Part shown: positions 51,267 through 64,000 of the stretch, piece by piece | Layout: every line of letters begins with the position of its first letter | Position numbering within the stretch: position 1 is the first letter of the stretch | Assembly: GCA_013239625.1 (NCBI GenBank) | Contig: MU054323.1 | Span: 13,189,950 to 13,253,949 of the forward strand | Length of the DNA stretch: 64,000 nt | Direction: 5' to 3' | Origin: Lama guanicoe | Lineage: Eukaryota | The notes under the pieces: generated by a model | Seen by the model: the letters and a program-made list of their open reading frames with translations, nothing else | Databases searched by the model: none | What the model was told of the DNA's origin: nothing | Program-made: the position numbers and the translations under genes

Positions 51267-52519
51267 TTTAACTTGTTTTGAAGTAATTGTTTCAGAATGA
51301 GTTAATGAGCTGCTCATGAAAATTAAGTCGTTGATATTTTGCTCATCCATTACTGTATTCTCAGAAAATCCAAAAGATTCCAATGGTCACTTCAGCCTCT
51401 AGTGAGCAGAGATTTGCCACCATTGAGGGTATTTAAAATAATGTCTTTAGTCCTGAAGAGAATTCTGAAATCCAGACACCAAAGTTCTACATATTTTGAA
51501 TAAAGACAGCAATGCTGTCCAGACAACACTTTGAAGAGGACTGGTTTAGAATGTGCAAGCTTCAATGGAGTTAAGAAAATGGTCTGAAGGTTCTGTGGCT
51601 TTGGGACAGGCATCTTAGTAAGGCAGTGTGTTTTTATAAAACGGTTGATAGAGAACATTCACATTTATGACCTTAGTTGACTTTCGAAACAACTTCAAAA
51701 CAAGGAAAAGTAAGGTATTCTTGTCTCCCATTTAGTTCAGTGAAACTTGAGGCTCAGAGAGGTGGGGGGACTAGCTTGTGCTGGTATTTCCAAGTCAATA
51801 GCTCTTTTTCCATTTTGGCAAATGCATCATATCTCTGGCCCTCAGTTTCTTTATTTTTCAAATAACTGGCTTGGCTGAGAAGACTACCAAGACCTCTTGT
51901 AGCCCTGCAGTCCTCTGACTGTGATGATTTTGACATCTTTCTTTTTTCCTCCCCTCCCACAATCTTAGACGCCACATGTTTCTCACATATACACAGGATC
52001 TATGGGCAGAGCAAACTGTACAAACTTTGAATATCGTCAGTACCTAAAATGCTCTCTCAGATCCACTCCAACTTGAGAAACTCAAGTGTTGGCTTCTCCA
52101 AGAAGCCTTTCACTCCTTCTTCAGCCCACATGGCTCTCTCCCCCTTGAACTTTTACTGCATGTAGAACCCAGTCAGACTGTTTTGAATTTAATCGTCATA
52201 AAGTTGATGGTTTTGTGCCTCTCTTCTCTTCCCCACAAGCTTGTGCTTTTCAGGAAGACAGGACCACTGAGGAACTGAGCTCAACACTGGGCATAGATGA
52301 GCTGTCGGTAAATATATTAGTGTTAGTCAGGGTAGGCTAGGTTGTGCTGTAGTAACAGACACAGCAAAAGGTTACCCTTTGTGTGCACTAGATGTCTGAA
52401 AGGTAATGGGGCTCCGTGCCACACATCTGTCAGGGACGCAGGCCGCTGGTGGCCTCCACTGTGTTACTGCTGTGCTACATAGAGCACAAGGCCTCTCAGT
52501 TCCTACAACAAAGGAAGAC

Positions 52520-52858
52520 TCATTTGTTGAAGTCATAACCCCTCAATGTGAGTGTACTTGGAGATAGTCTATAAGGAGGTAATTAAGATTAAATGAAGCC
52601 ATAAGGGTAGGGTCCTGATACAGTGGGATTAGTATTCCTGTAAGACGAGACACCAGAGAACTCCCTCTGCTCACTATGTGAGGACATAGCAAGATGGCGG
52701 CCTCCTACTAGCTGGGAAGAGAGTCCCGACCAGAATGGACCATGCTGGCTCCTTGATCTCGGGTTTTGACCCTCCAGAACTGAGAGAAGACGCATGTCTG
52801 TTGTTTAAGCCACCCAGTCTCTGGTGTTTTGTTATGGCAGTCCCAGCCCACCAGCACA
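52520..52858 (+). mobile_element. MLT1A-like MaLR solo LTR
   Basis: 'ggaggtaattaagattaaatga', 'tgtgaggacatagcaagatggcgg', 'ctccagaactgagaga...ctgttgtttaagccacccagtct'. Confidence 0.85.
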
Positions 52859-55407
52859 GTCAGGGAGCGGAATATATGGGGAAGCCAATGGTTCTCTGGG
52901 GAGTAGGAAGTGTTCCCGCCACAAGGGGCAGAGCAGTGGTCAAGACAGACATGGTTCCCTGCTCACAAGGAATTAGAGAAACCTATTAATATGACTTGTG
53001 GCATTCAGTTTTTCTACACTACTGGTGACCAAACCACAGGTAATTACTAGTTTTGAGTTCTGTGTACTTGGAGGAAATAGAGAAAAACCGAAAGCTTAAC
53101 CAAATGAGGCACGTGTTAACAGTTGACTTATTGCTGTGAGACCCCAAATGTTTTGTTGTTCTTTTCAGCCTCTCTACGTAAACAAAAAGGAAACTGACAA
53201 GCAAGGCAGCCCCCCTAGAGTTTCTCTCAGTACAGACCTAGAAATAAGCATGGGGAAAAATAGGCCTTACGTTCATCGTTTGGGAGTGATTAGATTGCTG
53301 TAGGGGTAATAATCATGCTGTGTCTACACACTCATCTTTATTTCCTCCCTCATCTTGACCTTCTCTTTATAAAGAATACGTCCTTGGTAATGGAAGTTAG
53401 GATAAGTTGCATCTTCATACCATCTAGTACTAGGATTTATGGTGTAATTTGTGTTTTTGCTGCAAGGGAGGGAAGGCCAGCGGGAAATAGGATGTTGGAA
53501 TATAATCATGACAAAACATAATTATTCTTTTTGCAATGTAAGAATAGCAAGACATACCACAGCCTGATAGACTTGACTGTCGAAATGCTCAAATCCTTGG
53601 AGAGTTGGAGAGAGTAGGCAGCCCAAGTGTGATCGTTTATTTAGAAGAGATGTCAAGTAGAATGGTAAGTTTCATGCTTAAGAATCTTTTCCCCCTTTTA
53701 AGTTACTTTAAAACCATTTTTGCCTTAGTGTAACTTTAAAAAATACCGTTTCATAAAACTAAAGTAGTTGTCTGGAATTCCTTGAAGCCAATGGTTTGGC
53801 TTCAGCCGGCTTTAAACAAATACACTGTCAGAAATCAATGTGGATACATTTCCAACAGTTAATGCCCTAGTCACAGTAGATACTTTGTAAAATCAATAGC
53901 CTGAAATATCAGAGGATTAGGGTTGTATCAGATACCCCAAATGCCTAACATTGTTTTAATTACTCTAATAAAAGAAAGCTGGGTGGACTTTAAAAAAAAG
54001 AAAGAAAGAAAAAAAAAACCTTGCCTATAAAGAATGTTCTACTCAAGCCAAAGCAAATTTTTTACAAGTTCTTTTAGAAAATCTGGAAGTATTTAAGCAT
54101 TTTCCTCTTCTTATGAGACAATGCCTGTTCCGCTGCCAGGGCCCTGTCGTACGATATTCTCCTTTATGACAGCAGGCCTTCAGAACAAGTTGATCAAATG
54201 TGTTGCTGTAGTTGCGTTAGTGATAGGGTTCAGAAATTTGGACCCTTTTCCTTGTTGGCACATGGAAATAAACATGTTTAATGTTCTGGTACATGGACAC
54301 TGAAGAGCTCTCATGAGGCTTTCTAGCTTGATTTGGAGCCGTAGCTGGTCCACAGGCTAGAAGAGCACTGTTCTACTCAGAAGATGGGCAGAAGTCGTTT
54401 TGCCAGAGTGGAAATGTGTTTATATCATAGCAAATAGATTGATAGGAACAAAGAGGAGCTGCGACAGAAGTTTGGATTCATCATTACATTGCGTATGGTG
54501 AGAACGTTCCCCCTGAGGGCCCTCATTCTGGTTTTTATGAAAAGAAGTCCAAGATTTTCCCAAAAAGGGGGGGGGGATTCACATTCCTCAACCAGATTTA
54601 TAGAATTGAGGGTGTAGCTTCTGTTTGCCAGAACGCCTCCAGGCTTTGTGCCAGAGCCCTGGAGTAGGACGCTTTTGGGTGTGGGTAGAGTGGGGCATGG
54701 CAGTTGCACACTTGGAATAGTTTATAGGACACCTGGGCTGTGTGGGTTGATCAGCCATAGTGTGACTTTTCAGTGAGTCACAGCTCAAAGCATGGAAAAT
54801 CTGCATCTCCATGACTGTCCTGAATGATTTCTAGTATTTTGCCTATTGATAATCATCTATTCATTATAATTCTTATGGTTTAAAAAGGAGTTAAGAGCCA
54901 TGGCTATTTTCAGGGAAGTTTGCTGTTTCTGTGAGTACTGATGAGCAGGAAAAGGGAGGCAGTGAAGCAGGGTCCAGAAGAGGGGCCCCATGCTGGTCCT
55001 TACTGGTCATGGTGCTCCAGGTCAGGGTGTAATGTCAGGACTAGGGAACATGGGGCTGCATGGAATCAAACATTTAAGGAACAGCAACCTTCACAGGGTT
55101 GCCCTGACACAGGACACCATTCCACCATAGCTGCCTGGTTACCCTCAGCCTTGCACTAGAGTCTTCATAAAATTGTAAAATTTTGGCACATCAGTGAATA
55201 TTAGCAGTTAGTCTGTCATCAGAATTGTATCGGTGAGGAAACTGAAGGCCAGAGAGAAATTAAGTTGCTTCATGCCTTATGTTGAGTTTATGGTAGGTAA
55301 GGACTACAACTGAGGCTTTCTGGTTCCTGTTCCAGTATTTGTACTGTTCAATCCTGGTTCTTAGGCTGTCTCTTCTGGGCATGGAGATGCCCACCAGAAA
55401 CCATTGC

Positions 55408-55771
55408 TGTCTGTAGAAGTCAGCTTTGGCTGTCAGAACAAAATACCATGTCTGGGTGGCTTAAATAACCAGTATTAATTTTCTCACAGTTCTGGAGATG
55501 GACAGTCCAAGATGAAGATGCTGAGAGAGTCAGTCCCTGGGAGGGCTCTCTTCCTGGTTTGCAGATGGCCACCTTCTCACTGCCTTCATATGGCAGAGGC
55601 AGAAAGTGCTCTAGTGTGTCGTCTTCTCCTTGTAAGGACACTAATCCTATCACGTGGGCCCCACCCTCATGACCTCCCAAAGACCTTGCCTCCTAATATC
55701 ATCCCATTAGAGATCAGGACTTCCACATGTCAATTTGCACGGAGGGACACACCAACATTCAGTCCATAATA
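55408..55771 (-). mobile_element. MLT1A-like MaLR solo LTR, reverse orientation
   Basis: 'ctgggtggcttaaataac...tctcacagttctggag', 'ttgtaaggacactaatcctat', 'aacattcagtccataa'. Confidence 0.85.
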
Positions 55772-56184
55772 CTCGCTGAACATGAGAGAAGAGGTGTGTT
55801 CTCTGGGACCCGTCTTGGGGAGTTCTGTGTTCCTCAGTGTTTTGTGATTGAGCCATGGATGCTTGGGAATAGATGCAGAGCAGGCTTCATTGTTTTGACT
55901 TCCTGGTCTTGGTCCTCTGGTACCAAGACATGGCACGTGACAAGAAGGATTTTGATGTCTCGAAAGTGGAATCTGCCTGCTACTTGAACATGGGTAGTAA
56001 TTGATTGATAATAATTGGTTTATAGTAATTCACTGATACCATGTTGTCCTTATTGAGTAGAATTAAAATGAAATCCAATTAATCACAAACTCTGCATGGC
56101 ATTTACTCCCTGATCTTCCTTTTTAACTAGTCAGAGCACTTTTTTGAAAACTTGAACATTTTTAGCAAAATTGTAAGAGTATCT

Positions 56185-56390
56185 TTTTGTTTTTTATTTT
56201 ATTATCTTTTTTTTTTTTTTTTTTTTTGAATTTCATTTTATTTTAACAATCTCTGGTGTACAGCACAATGTCCCAGTCATGCATATACATACATACATTC
56301 ATTTAAAAATTTTTTTCCATTAAAGATATTACAGGATATTGAACATGATTCCCTGTGCTATACAGAAGAAACTTCTTTTTCTTTTTTTTC
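56185..56390 (-). mobile_element. Young L1 3' end (camelid type) with long poly(A), seen as poly(T)
   Basis: T-run at 56207-56227, then 'tctggtgtacagcacaatgtcccagtcatgcatatac...gatattgaacatgattccctgtgctatacag'; homologous to the 33871 copy. Confidence 0.8.
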
Positions 56391-59300
56391 TTTTAAATGT
56401 CTAGATCTAAGTTACTTATTTTTAAGTATCTCTTCTCTGTAAGTTGAATCTGGTACATCGTATATCCAGTAACTGTTAGACTGCATGCTCATTTGTTAAC
56501 TAAGCCCAGGTTTTTAAGTGAAGGGCCCAGAGGAAGAAGTCTGACGTTAATTGTGAGCCTGAGGGTATGCTGGCCATGCGGTTGTCTCATAGAGAATCTG
56601 TCTCCATGTATTGTCTGCTTTCTTGAGAGCGCTGTGAAAGTGCACATTTTTAGTTCCATGTTATAGAGGGAATAGGCAGAGAGAGGTTGAGAGTTTTGCC
56701 CGTGGTCATGTAGGTGGTGATGGGAAAAGTGAGGATCTGGACCTGTGTTGGTCCAACTTCAGAAGCTGAGCTCTTATCATTTACTCAGTTGCAGGTCATC
56801 GTTACACCACTCTTCACTGGGCCCACAGGGAGTATGATTGTGTGGAAAGGTCAGTTCCACAAAGCCCTGACTCTGCCAAACATAGAGATGCCTGGGAGTT
56901 TGCTCTGTGTTAGGGTGTCTCTTGTTGGGGGCAGCATTTATTGGGGGGACAGATCATTAGCGGTGGACTTCAAATCTCCCTTCTGCTAGTTGTTTGAGAA
57001 GTACAGCCAGTGGGCTGTATTGTCCAGTTTCATATTTTGGTCCTCTGATTACTGATCATGTTGACCTTAATTATAATTTCTTCCCTTTTTTACCCATGAA
57101 TGATGTATTCTATCCTGATAACTCTCTCTCTCTTTTGAGGGAAAGTATCAGGTATAGAATAAGACACTTTTATAAAAAGGCATCATCTTTTCCTACTCTT
57201 CTCTTTTTGATCACTATTTCCACGTTTGCTACATAACTGTGAAGATGCCAGATACTTCATCCAAAGCAATCCAAAACGTTTTTGGTCTGGGAGAGGAAAC
57301 GGACACTTCCGTTTCCCTGACTCCTGATTAATTTTGATACCTGACTACAAATTGAATCCCAAAATGGGAGAATTGTCCATGGTGTAGCTCCACCTCGCTC
57401 TCCTTCCCCACCCGCTCTCTGTTCCTTTGTATTTGGCCTGCCTTCCTCTGTCCTTCCCCCAGCCCCACCCTGGGGTCCCTTCCAGTGGGTGTTAGGTCTT
57501 GGGCTTAGCAAAAGCTTCTCCATGCCTTGGGAATGTCTCTCCCTAGTCCAGCCGTTGAGTCACTGCCTTGTTCAGCTGTTTCCTGAACACAGCCCTGTAC
57601 ACTCTTATAAGAAGGAGTTGCAGTGAATGAGCCTCTCTCTTTCAAGTTTCACTTCAGTGCAATCTCCAGGAGCATTTAAAAAAACCTGCATCATTGTAAC
57701 ATTTTAAGTTTTATTTATTTCATTCCAGTGCCTTAATCTCTTTGAGAAAATGTTCTCTATTCAAACTCAGAGTATTTCATACTTTGTTTTATAATGGTTC
57801 CTGATAACAAAATAAAATGAGTTCCCAACATGTGATAAGGATAATATGTAAGAGTGTTTCAATGTTACCATTTTTAAATGTCTTAAGTAGTAGGTCCTTG
57901 ACATGGTCACCATCTTTATGAAGTGGCCCTTTTACTGGTGAACTATCTGAACTCTTTGATTAAAAGTATCCTGAGAGCCTAACAAACGGGCCAGCAGTAG
58001 GACACTTGATAGGTTGTCCTCCAAGGAGGACGGTGCAGAACCAGCCCATGCTCTGTGTACCCGACACTCTGTCCTGCTGTAACACACGGCCCCAAAGACC
58101 ACCGTCTTCTAGTCCCCACACCAGAGCTGCTGGAGTAGGGTCAGCCGTGCTTGGATGTGCATCATTTGATCTCACCACTGTCCTTGGAAGTTGGGATTGC
58201 TGTCCTATTGTCTCATTTCTATCTAGTAAGGCTGAGTGATGGGTGAAGCATTTCCCTGCTCATCAGCGAGAGCCGGGGTTTAGACCCCGTCTAATGATTC
58301 CCATCCATTGCTGCTTTCTTTTCCCCAAGGCTGGAGCTTCCTTGTGAAAGATCCACTGCCCAGTGCAGCAAACATGCTTGAAATGAAGATATTTATAGGT
58401 ACCTGTAATTTTAAGGCATGAAAATTGAATCACTTGAAACCATGCTCCCATGCTTATCCCCTCTTCAAGTTACTGTTCATCTTGGAGCAACTCCCATGAG
58501 TCTTGAATTGACAAAAATTGTAAGCCTTGATACATGTAAGACTGAACATTTCAGCTCCTGTATTTGTAGGGAGTTCTAAAACCAGCTGTGATCACAGCTT
58601 TATTTTGAGTATCAGGAAAGGGGTACGGTATTTCAAAAGTGAGTTTTTGCAAGTCAGTATTGTAGATAAGTCCACAGATAAGTATTCTCAATCAAGTCAA
58701 GATTTAGAAAAGTACGTTGTCTTGCAGTCTGTTAATTTCTTCACAATGTTGAACAATTAAAGATTTTCATACCGTGGCTTGGAATAATTGTGTGCTGTGA
58801 AAGTCAAACCATTGACATTCATGGAGTAATTGTGATGATTTTTAAGTAGTCTTACCTTCTGATGTATAGTGCTAATATAGACATGAAGATGGGAACTGTC
58901 AGTGAGTTATTTCCATGCACCCAGTCTTCTAAGGATCATGATGACTGGGGCTGCGAATAGCTCTATTTGATTTTCTTTTTTTTTAATTTAGTTTGCAGAA
59001 GTCCTTTAGGAAGAGGCTCAGGCTGGGGTAAGCATCTCTGGAGATGCTGATAGAAGGGAGGAGGTAAGACACAGGAGATGGGTAGGAGTGCATCTGCCCA
59101 GACACAGTTCTGTTACAGACTTGAGAGCAACAGAAGTACCTGAGGTTGCCTCTAGTGTGTAGTAATTTGCGTTTCCTAAATCAAGTACTGCAGCCTGTCA
59201 GCGTATAGCACCCCAGATGTGGCGGAAACCATACGACTTACCTGCTTCATATCCTGGACTTGATGAGAGATGGTCCTCCAGCCTTCATTCCCAACGAAGA

Positions 59301-61049
59301 TGTCAGCCTCTTGCATTGCTGAGGAGTCTTAACTGTTGAAAAGTCTCCTGCTTAACGAGTTGGAGCCTCTCTTCCTGGATTTGCAGCCTTTAGTCATGCA
59401 ACTAACTTCAGGCAATGAGTTTGTTTAACACACCTGCACTCTGCCATCATGGCTGCACGTCATCTTCCTGTCTCTGCTTTCTTCACTTGACATTCACAGG
59501 ACCTGATTACCAGAACCCTCACTGTTCTGTTTGGACTGCCCTAGGTGGGCCATGCATCTGCTGGAATCCTAGCACCCGCAGGTGGGGTCATAGTGTCCCC
59601 TAGCCTGCAGCCCCAGATTGTGTGCGCTTTGAGGAGCTGTATCACGTTGCTCGATGGACAGGACAGATACTTCTCTCTGACCTGAAATAGCTAAATATGG
59701 GGTTATAAATTTAACACATTTCTCCTGGATTTCTTGTAAGATATGCTTTGAAATGAGAGACAGGCTTAGACAGACAAGACCTAGTGGTGGTGAATGGTCT
59801 ATTATGTGAGAGCCCTGGGTATGGCCACAAAGATGTCTGAGATGGAGTTCCTGGCTACACATTGAAGTCTGCATAGTTAAATAACTAAAGGGACAAACAT
59901 GAAACCTCGTGCCTTGTTAGAAGCCTGACTTCATCCCATGCAGTCTTTACTCACACTGTGCAGACCCGGTTTTGAGAACACACAGTGTCATGGTACCACC
60001 TACACTGCCATTTATTTAATCGATTTGGATGGCTTGTGCTGCTTTTGGCTGTGGACCTGCGAAAACAAAGCCATGGGATAAAGCGGCCTGAATCCTGTAA
60101 TGAAAACCTTGTACCTTTTCTGAGGCCTGGTCGGGAGAAATGATTTATTTTTGCCCTCCCAAATAAAACATCCTAGGAATCTGAGGTGAAAATTGGATTT
60201 TAACTGCTACTAAAATTTGGAGCATATAAAAATGGCACGTGTCGAGAGTTTTGCTTGATTATAGAAGAACCTAGAGAGTATGGGAGGAGACTGGTCTACA
60301 TGGGATGTGCACCGGTGTCTTATGTAAACCTGACTGCTAAACCCGGAAACAAGCTGGTATCTGACATAAATCTGGTGCTAAACCTGGGAACACACTGGAA
60401 GCACGCTCTGGCAGCAGATGGCAATGGTGGAGACTACTGCGTTCTTAACATAATTATTTTGTTTCCAGTCTGATGCCTGGAGCGGTGTTCCTTCTTCCAT
60501 GCTTCCTATTTCAGATTTCAGCCTTCTGTGACTAAGCTGGAAGAGTCTGGGAACTTCCTGAACCCAGCCAGCATGTGCTTTTCTTGCCTCGGGTTCTCTA
60601 TTTCGTACATGAGTTCCCTCTCCCTCCCCCTTCCCCCTCTCCTCTCCCCCCTGCTCATCATAGACGATTTGGGGAGAGCGTATGACATCCTGTCGAAATC
60701 ATAAAAAACCACAAAAACCCAAGGACTTCAGAGCTAGATGTAACTAAAACTTCATTAACTGTGCTGGGCCTTCTCTGGTTTTGTTTTACAATTCGGACAT
60801 GGAGTCACATAGAGCCTCATTCGGAATCCTGCATGGGCGGACCCAGCGGGAAAGCAGGGCTGTCCCTGGAGGCCTGCCTGGTGACTGGCGTCTACTTTCC
60901 GCTGCCCTTCCAGGAGTCACCACCTGCCCCAGCTTTCTGCCGCTGTGCTCTGCTCACTAGTCCGGGCGAGTGTGCTCATTTCCATGGTTTTCCACAGAAC
61001 CGCTGCATCCTTGGATGGACTGCAGCTCGTTGGTTTGTTCCTTAGTTCC

Positions 61050-61630
61050 TCCGCTTGTGTGTGCCTTCCTTCCCTCAAGACTTATTGAGCAGTCATTTGC
61101 CATGTGTCCTGTGGATTGGGTTATACAGATGAGTAAGATGCATCTGGATTTAATTAGAACACATAGCGGAGGCAGCGGAACTGTTTAGAGAGTGCCCTGG
61201 AGGGAGGCTGGTTGGAGGAAGGAGCTGAAATTGAGGCGACAGGAGGCTTTCCAGTGAGGGTTCTCCAGGGCTGCGGCTTACAGGATAAAGAAAGTTTCTC
61301 CAGGCAAAGGAAGAAGGAAGGACATTCCAGAGAGGAGAAACCGCTTTTTGGAAAGACGGTTGGGGTACAGAAAATAAGGAGTCCTTTGATGTGCCTGAAG
61401 GATGGGTGCAGAGGCCGAGGGGATGGGGAAGAAAGCTGGTCTAAGGTGAGAACAGGCAGGGCCTTACGTGTCATGCTGGGGAGTTGGCAGTCTTCAGATG
61501 GCAGAGGGTGACTGAAACTTTTCAGTCAGTAGGGTACTGTGATCAGATTTGTCTTTGGAAAGATGGCTCTGGAAACCGTTTGAGAATCTTGTAGAGATTG
61601 AGGCAGAGGGACCCCCTTAGATGTGGGACG
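61050..61630 (-). mobile_element. L2 LINE remnant
   Basis: 'ttattgagcagtcatttgccatgtg', 'gaaggacattccagagag', 'gtgatcagatttgtctttggaaagatggctctgg'. Confidence 0.6.
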
Positions 61631-62477
61631 TGGGCTTAGCCTGCACAGAAGGGATGAAGAGCCAAGTGGCCCTCCCTGCACAACCAGCCTCAAAATCGGT
61701 ACCCAGAGCAGTATGTTTTCCTAGAGCCTTCCCAGCCTCACGGAGCTGCTCTCACTTGAGACCCCTGCCTCCCAGCCTCTTCTGACCTTGATTGACAAGG
61801 AGTCGAGATGGATCTTTCCATTGGTCAACTCATGTTGCTCAGGTGGCCTTGAAGCCTGGCCCTTCTGCCTGCTGGCCTGACTTAAACCTGCCATCACCTT
61901 CCGAGCTGGGCTGCCTTCCCTGGGTCAGGCTGCTTGGATGCCTGGAGCCTTTGTCTCACAGAGCTGACCTGGCTCGGCCCTGCTGGTGTCCGGCCCAGGT
62001 CTTGGTGTGGCAGAAGGACAGAGACCTCTTGTAGATGGGATCTGTGCCACGTTCTCAAGGTCTCTGTCCTCACCTCTCCCTTACAGCTCTGTTCCCTGAG
62101 GGTCCACAGCAGAGAGTTCAACAGACAGCTGAAACTCAAAGAGTTTAACTTCTCTCTTAAGTTTTGAGGTTCTTAATAAGGAAAAAAAATGACTTTGAAA
62201 AGTTCAGTTTTATGCAGTGCTCTGAACAGTGACAGGTTTTCTGAAAATGCTCAGAATGCCCAGGAGCTCTTGGAAATATGCTTGTTCATTTTAGTGTCCT
62301 ATTGATTATGTCCTGGTGTTTTGTTCCAAGGTTTCAGAGCCACTCCACATCCCCGTCCCAGCTCTGTGACCATAGCAAAGGAACTCTTTTATAATGTGAC
62401 GGTGAAGCACAGCAGTGCTCTGGAGCTGGGCATCCTGCATTCAATTAACCTTCGTATTTCACACCTCATCATTGCAG

Positions 62478-62580
62478 TGTGGCAAGGCGCTCCCTGGCCT
62501 TTCAAAGCAAGAGGACTGCTGTGGAACCGTGGGCACCTCCTGGGGCTTCCACAAATGCCAGAAATGCCCCAAGAAGCCGA
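62478..62580 (+). CDS. LTBP1: LTBP1 coding exon (103 nt): [34 protein letters not shown], hybrid (TB/8-Cys-like) domain; gene continues beyond the window
   Basis: Acceptor attgcag|TGT, donor CCGA|gtaagt, phase 0/1. CC...G.SWG..C..CP pattern of fibrillin/LTBP TB-hybrid domains. Confidence 0.97.
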
Positions 62581-64000
62581 GTAAGTGTTGTTCCATCATT
62601 CCTTTGCAGGTTACTGTTGCGCATCTGTTTCCTTATGGTGACTTTTAATGGTGAAACAACATTAGACTTTCAAAGAAATCACTCAGAATTGTAGAATATA
62701 GTGTGATAATTTGCATTTCCAGAAACCTTGCAAGTCTGAGAAAGCTTTCATATTGATTCTGTTTTTTAATAGACATAGCTATCAGTTGCCTTGTCCAGTT
62801 GGATGACTTATTTTTGAAAAAGTCTTTTCAGAGGCAGTGTGTTAAAATAGGCTGTATTTCCTCAGGGGAAAGAAAAATAAGATCTCTTCTAAAGTGATAA
62901 TTAAATGCTTCAAACCCTGGAACAAGTCAGTGCCATTATTTCTTATGTTACATTACTTAAATTAAGTTTTTATTAATGTCCACCACTTCTCTTGTAGGTT
63001 TTTAGACTTCACTGAAAGAAAAGCTAAAATGGAGAAATGAATGATTGCTGATGTGTGAAAGAGAAATTTTTAATCACCAGGACAGTGCTTTCCCCTTTTC
63101 CTCTTACTCGCTACTGTTCAATTATCCCACTTTTCATGACATGAAACTCTGTCGACACCCATATGCATTGATTAGTCTATAAAATCTGCTTTTGAGAACC
63201 TGTTGATGTGAAGAAGCCTAGATTTACATCTTTCTATGACTTTCCCCCAAATTTCTGAATATAGTGTGAACGCTGGATAACTGATTCCTAATATTTTTTT
63301 GAAATACAGAAGTAATTTGTTTTATGTTGACTTTTTTTCCTCTTATACATCACATTTTTCCTAAGAAAGCAAGTAATAGTTTTTTCTATCACCTTTTGCT
63401 TTATTTAATTGAAGATTTTTATAGCTGTTTTTTATAGTTTGTGCTGCAAGGAATTTCTCATTTGCTTCAGTTGGATATTTTTTATTTTACCCTTCTTTAA
63501 ACTTCTATTGATTTGATTGATAGTCTCAACTGCCTTTTAAAAAATACTGTTCAACCTAGAATCTGCCATCTTGGAATCACCACTCCCATAAGTCTGTCTC
63601 ATATACTATTCTTCCATCATCATCATAATTTGTGTTAAATAAGTGTCTCTAATTTGGACTTCCTTGTCTCACAAACTTACATGTTCTCTAAATCTTTCAT
63701 TGTCTAAAGTTAATTTCACTTATTTTGTTAATAATTGCTCCTATCTTCTTGTGGAGAAACAGCTTTTGGAAATACCTACTAAAGTTTCTGATAATTAATG
63801 AATTCTTCATTTAGGCGGAAAAAGCCACATAAATAAGGACATTCAGTACTGAGACAGTGTCCCCAATGGACTTTGTACAAGATTCAATAGTGATTGGCAA
63901 TGTGGATTTCCCCCCCAGTGGGTTGAGTGTGATGGTCCCTCCTCACTGAAATATCCACTTGCCTAAAATTATTGTGGCTGCCTGACCAAAGGGACATCTG

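Noticed and set aside
50895..51383. Longest ORF in the track (162 aa, minus strand)
   Set aside because: Runs through a SINE (VVEHMLSMHEVLGSIPST) and its poly(A) (KKKK); no coding signature.
7897..57562. Isolated AP-1 heptamers (7897, 16249, 26010, 38624, 49575, 54774, 57556) and a perfect CRE tgacgtca (39978-39985)
   Set aside because: About 8 AP-1 heptamers are expected by chance in 64 kb (2 x 64000 / 4^7); single sites are uninformative and the CRE lies in an L2 remnant.
63200..63730. Possible further LTBP1 exon near the window end
   Set aside because: T-rich, stop-rich sequence resembling old antisense L1; no frame continuing after KKP was found.
1..64000. A novel multi-gene system (operon, CRISPR, defence or mobile cassette)
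   Set aside because: The window is a single spliced vertebrate gene plus ordinary interspersed repeats. There are no regularly spaced repeats, no long ORFs and no intact transposase or reverse transcriptase.

Overview
This is mammalian genomic DNA, not a prokaryotic locus. It is the + strand of the LTBP1 gene (latent TGF-beta binding protein 1). The window holds the internal promoter/5'UTR and first coding exon of the short isoform LTBP1S (ATG 477), then three more coding exons (41133-41357, 42521-42795, 62478-62580). These are separated by GT-AG introns of 40,433, 1,163 and 19,682 bp, and the gene continues past 64,000. Splice phases (1,1,0,1) join into one open frame of 826 nt: signal peptide, 4-Cys domain, EGF-like domain, linker and the start of the hybrid/8-Cys domain. 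About 98% of the window is intron carrying ancient mammalian repeats (MIR, L2, L1M, MER20, MER5, MER58, Tigger-type MITEs, MLT1 LTRs) plus younger L1 3' ends and tRNA-derived SINEs that look camelid (Vic-1-like). I found no credible new biological system. The best items are: (i) a dual-use segment that is both the LTBP1S signal peptide and the 3' splice signal of the long isoform; (ii) a candidate transposon-supplied intronic polyA site that would give a truncated secreted LTBP1; (iii) a paired inverted AP-1/MARE element; (iv) odd SINE structures and nested insertions. Nearly all entries in the ORF track are chance ORFs. Repeat subfamily names and human comparisons come from recalled sequences, not searches, and repeat boundaries are approximate.
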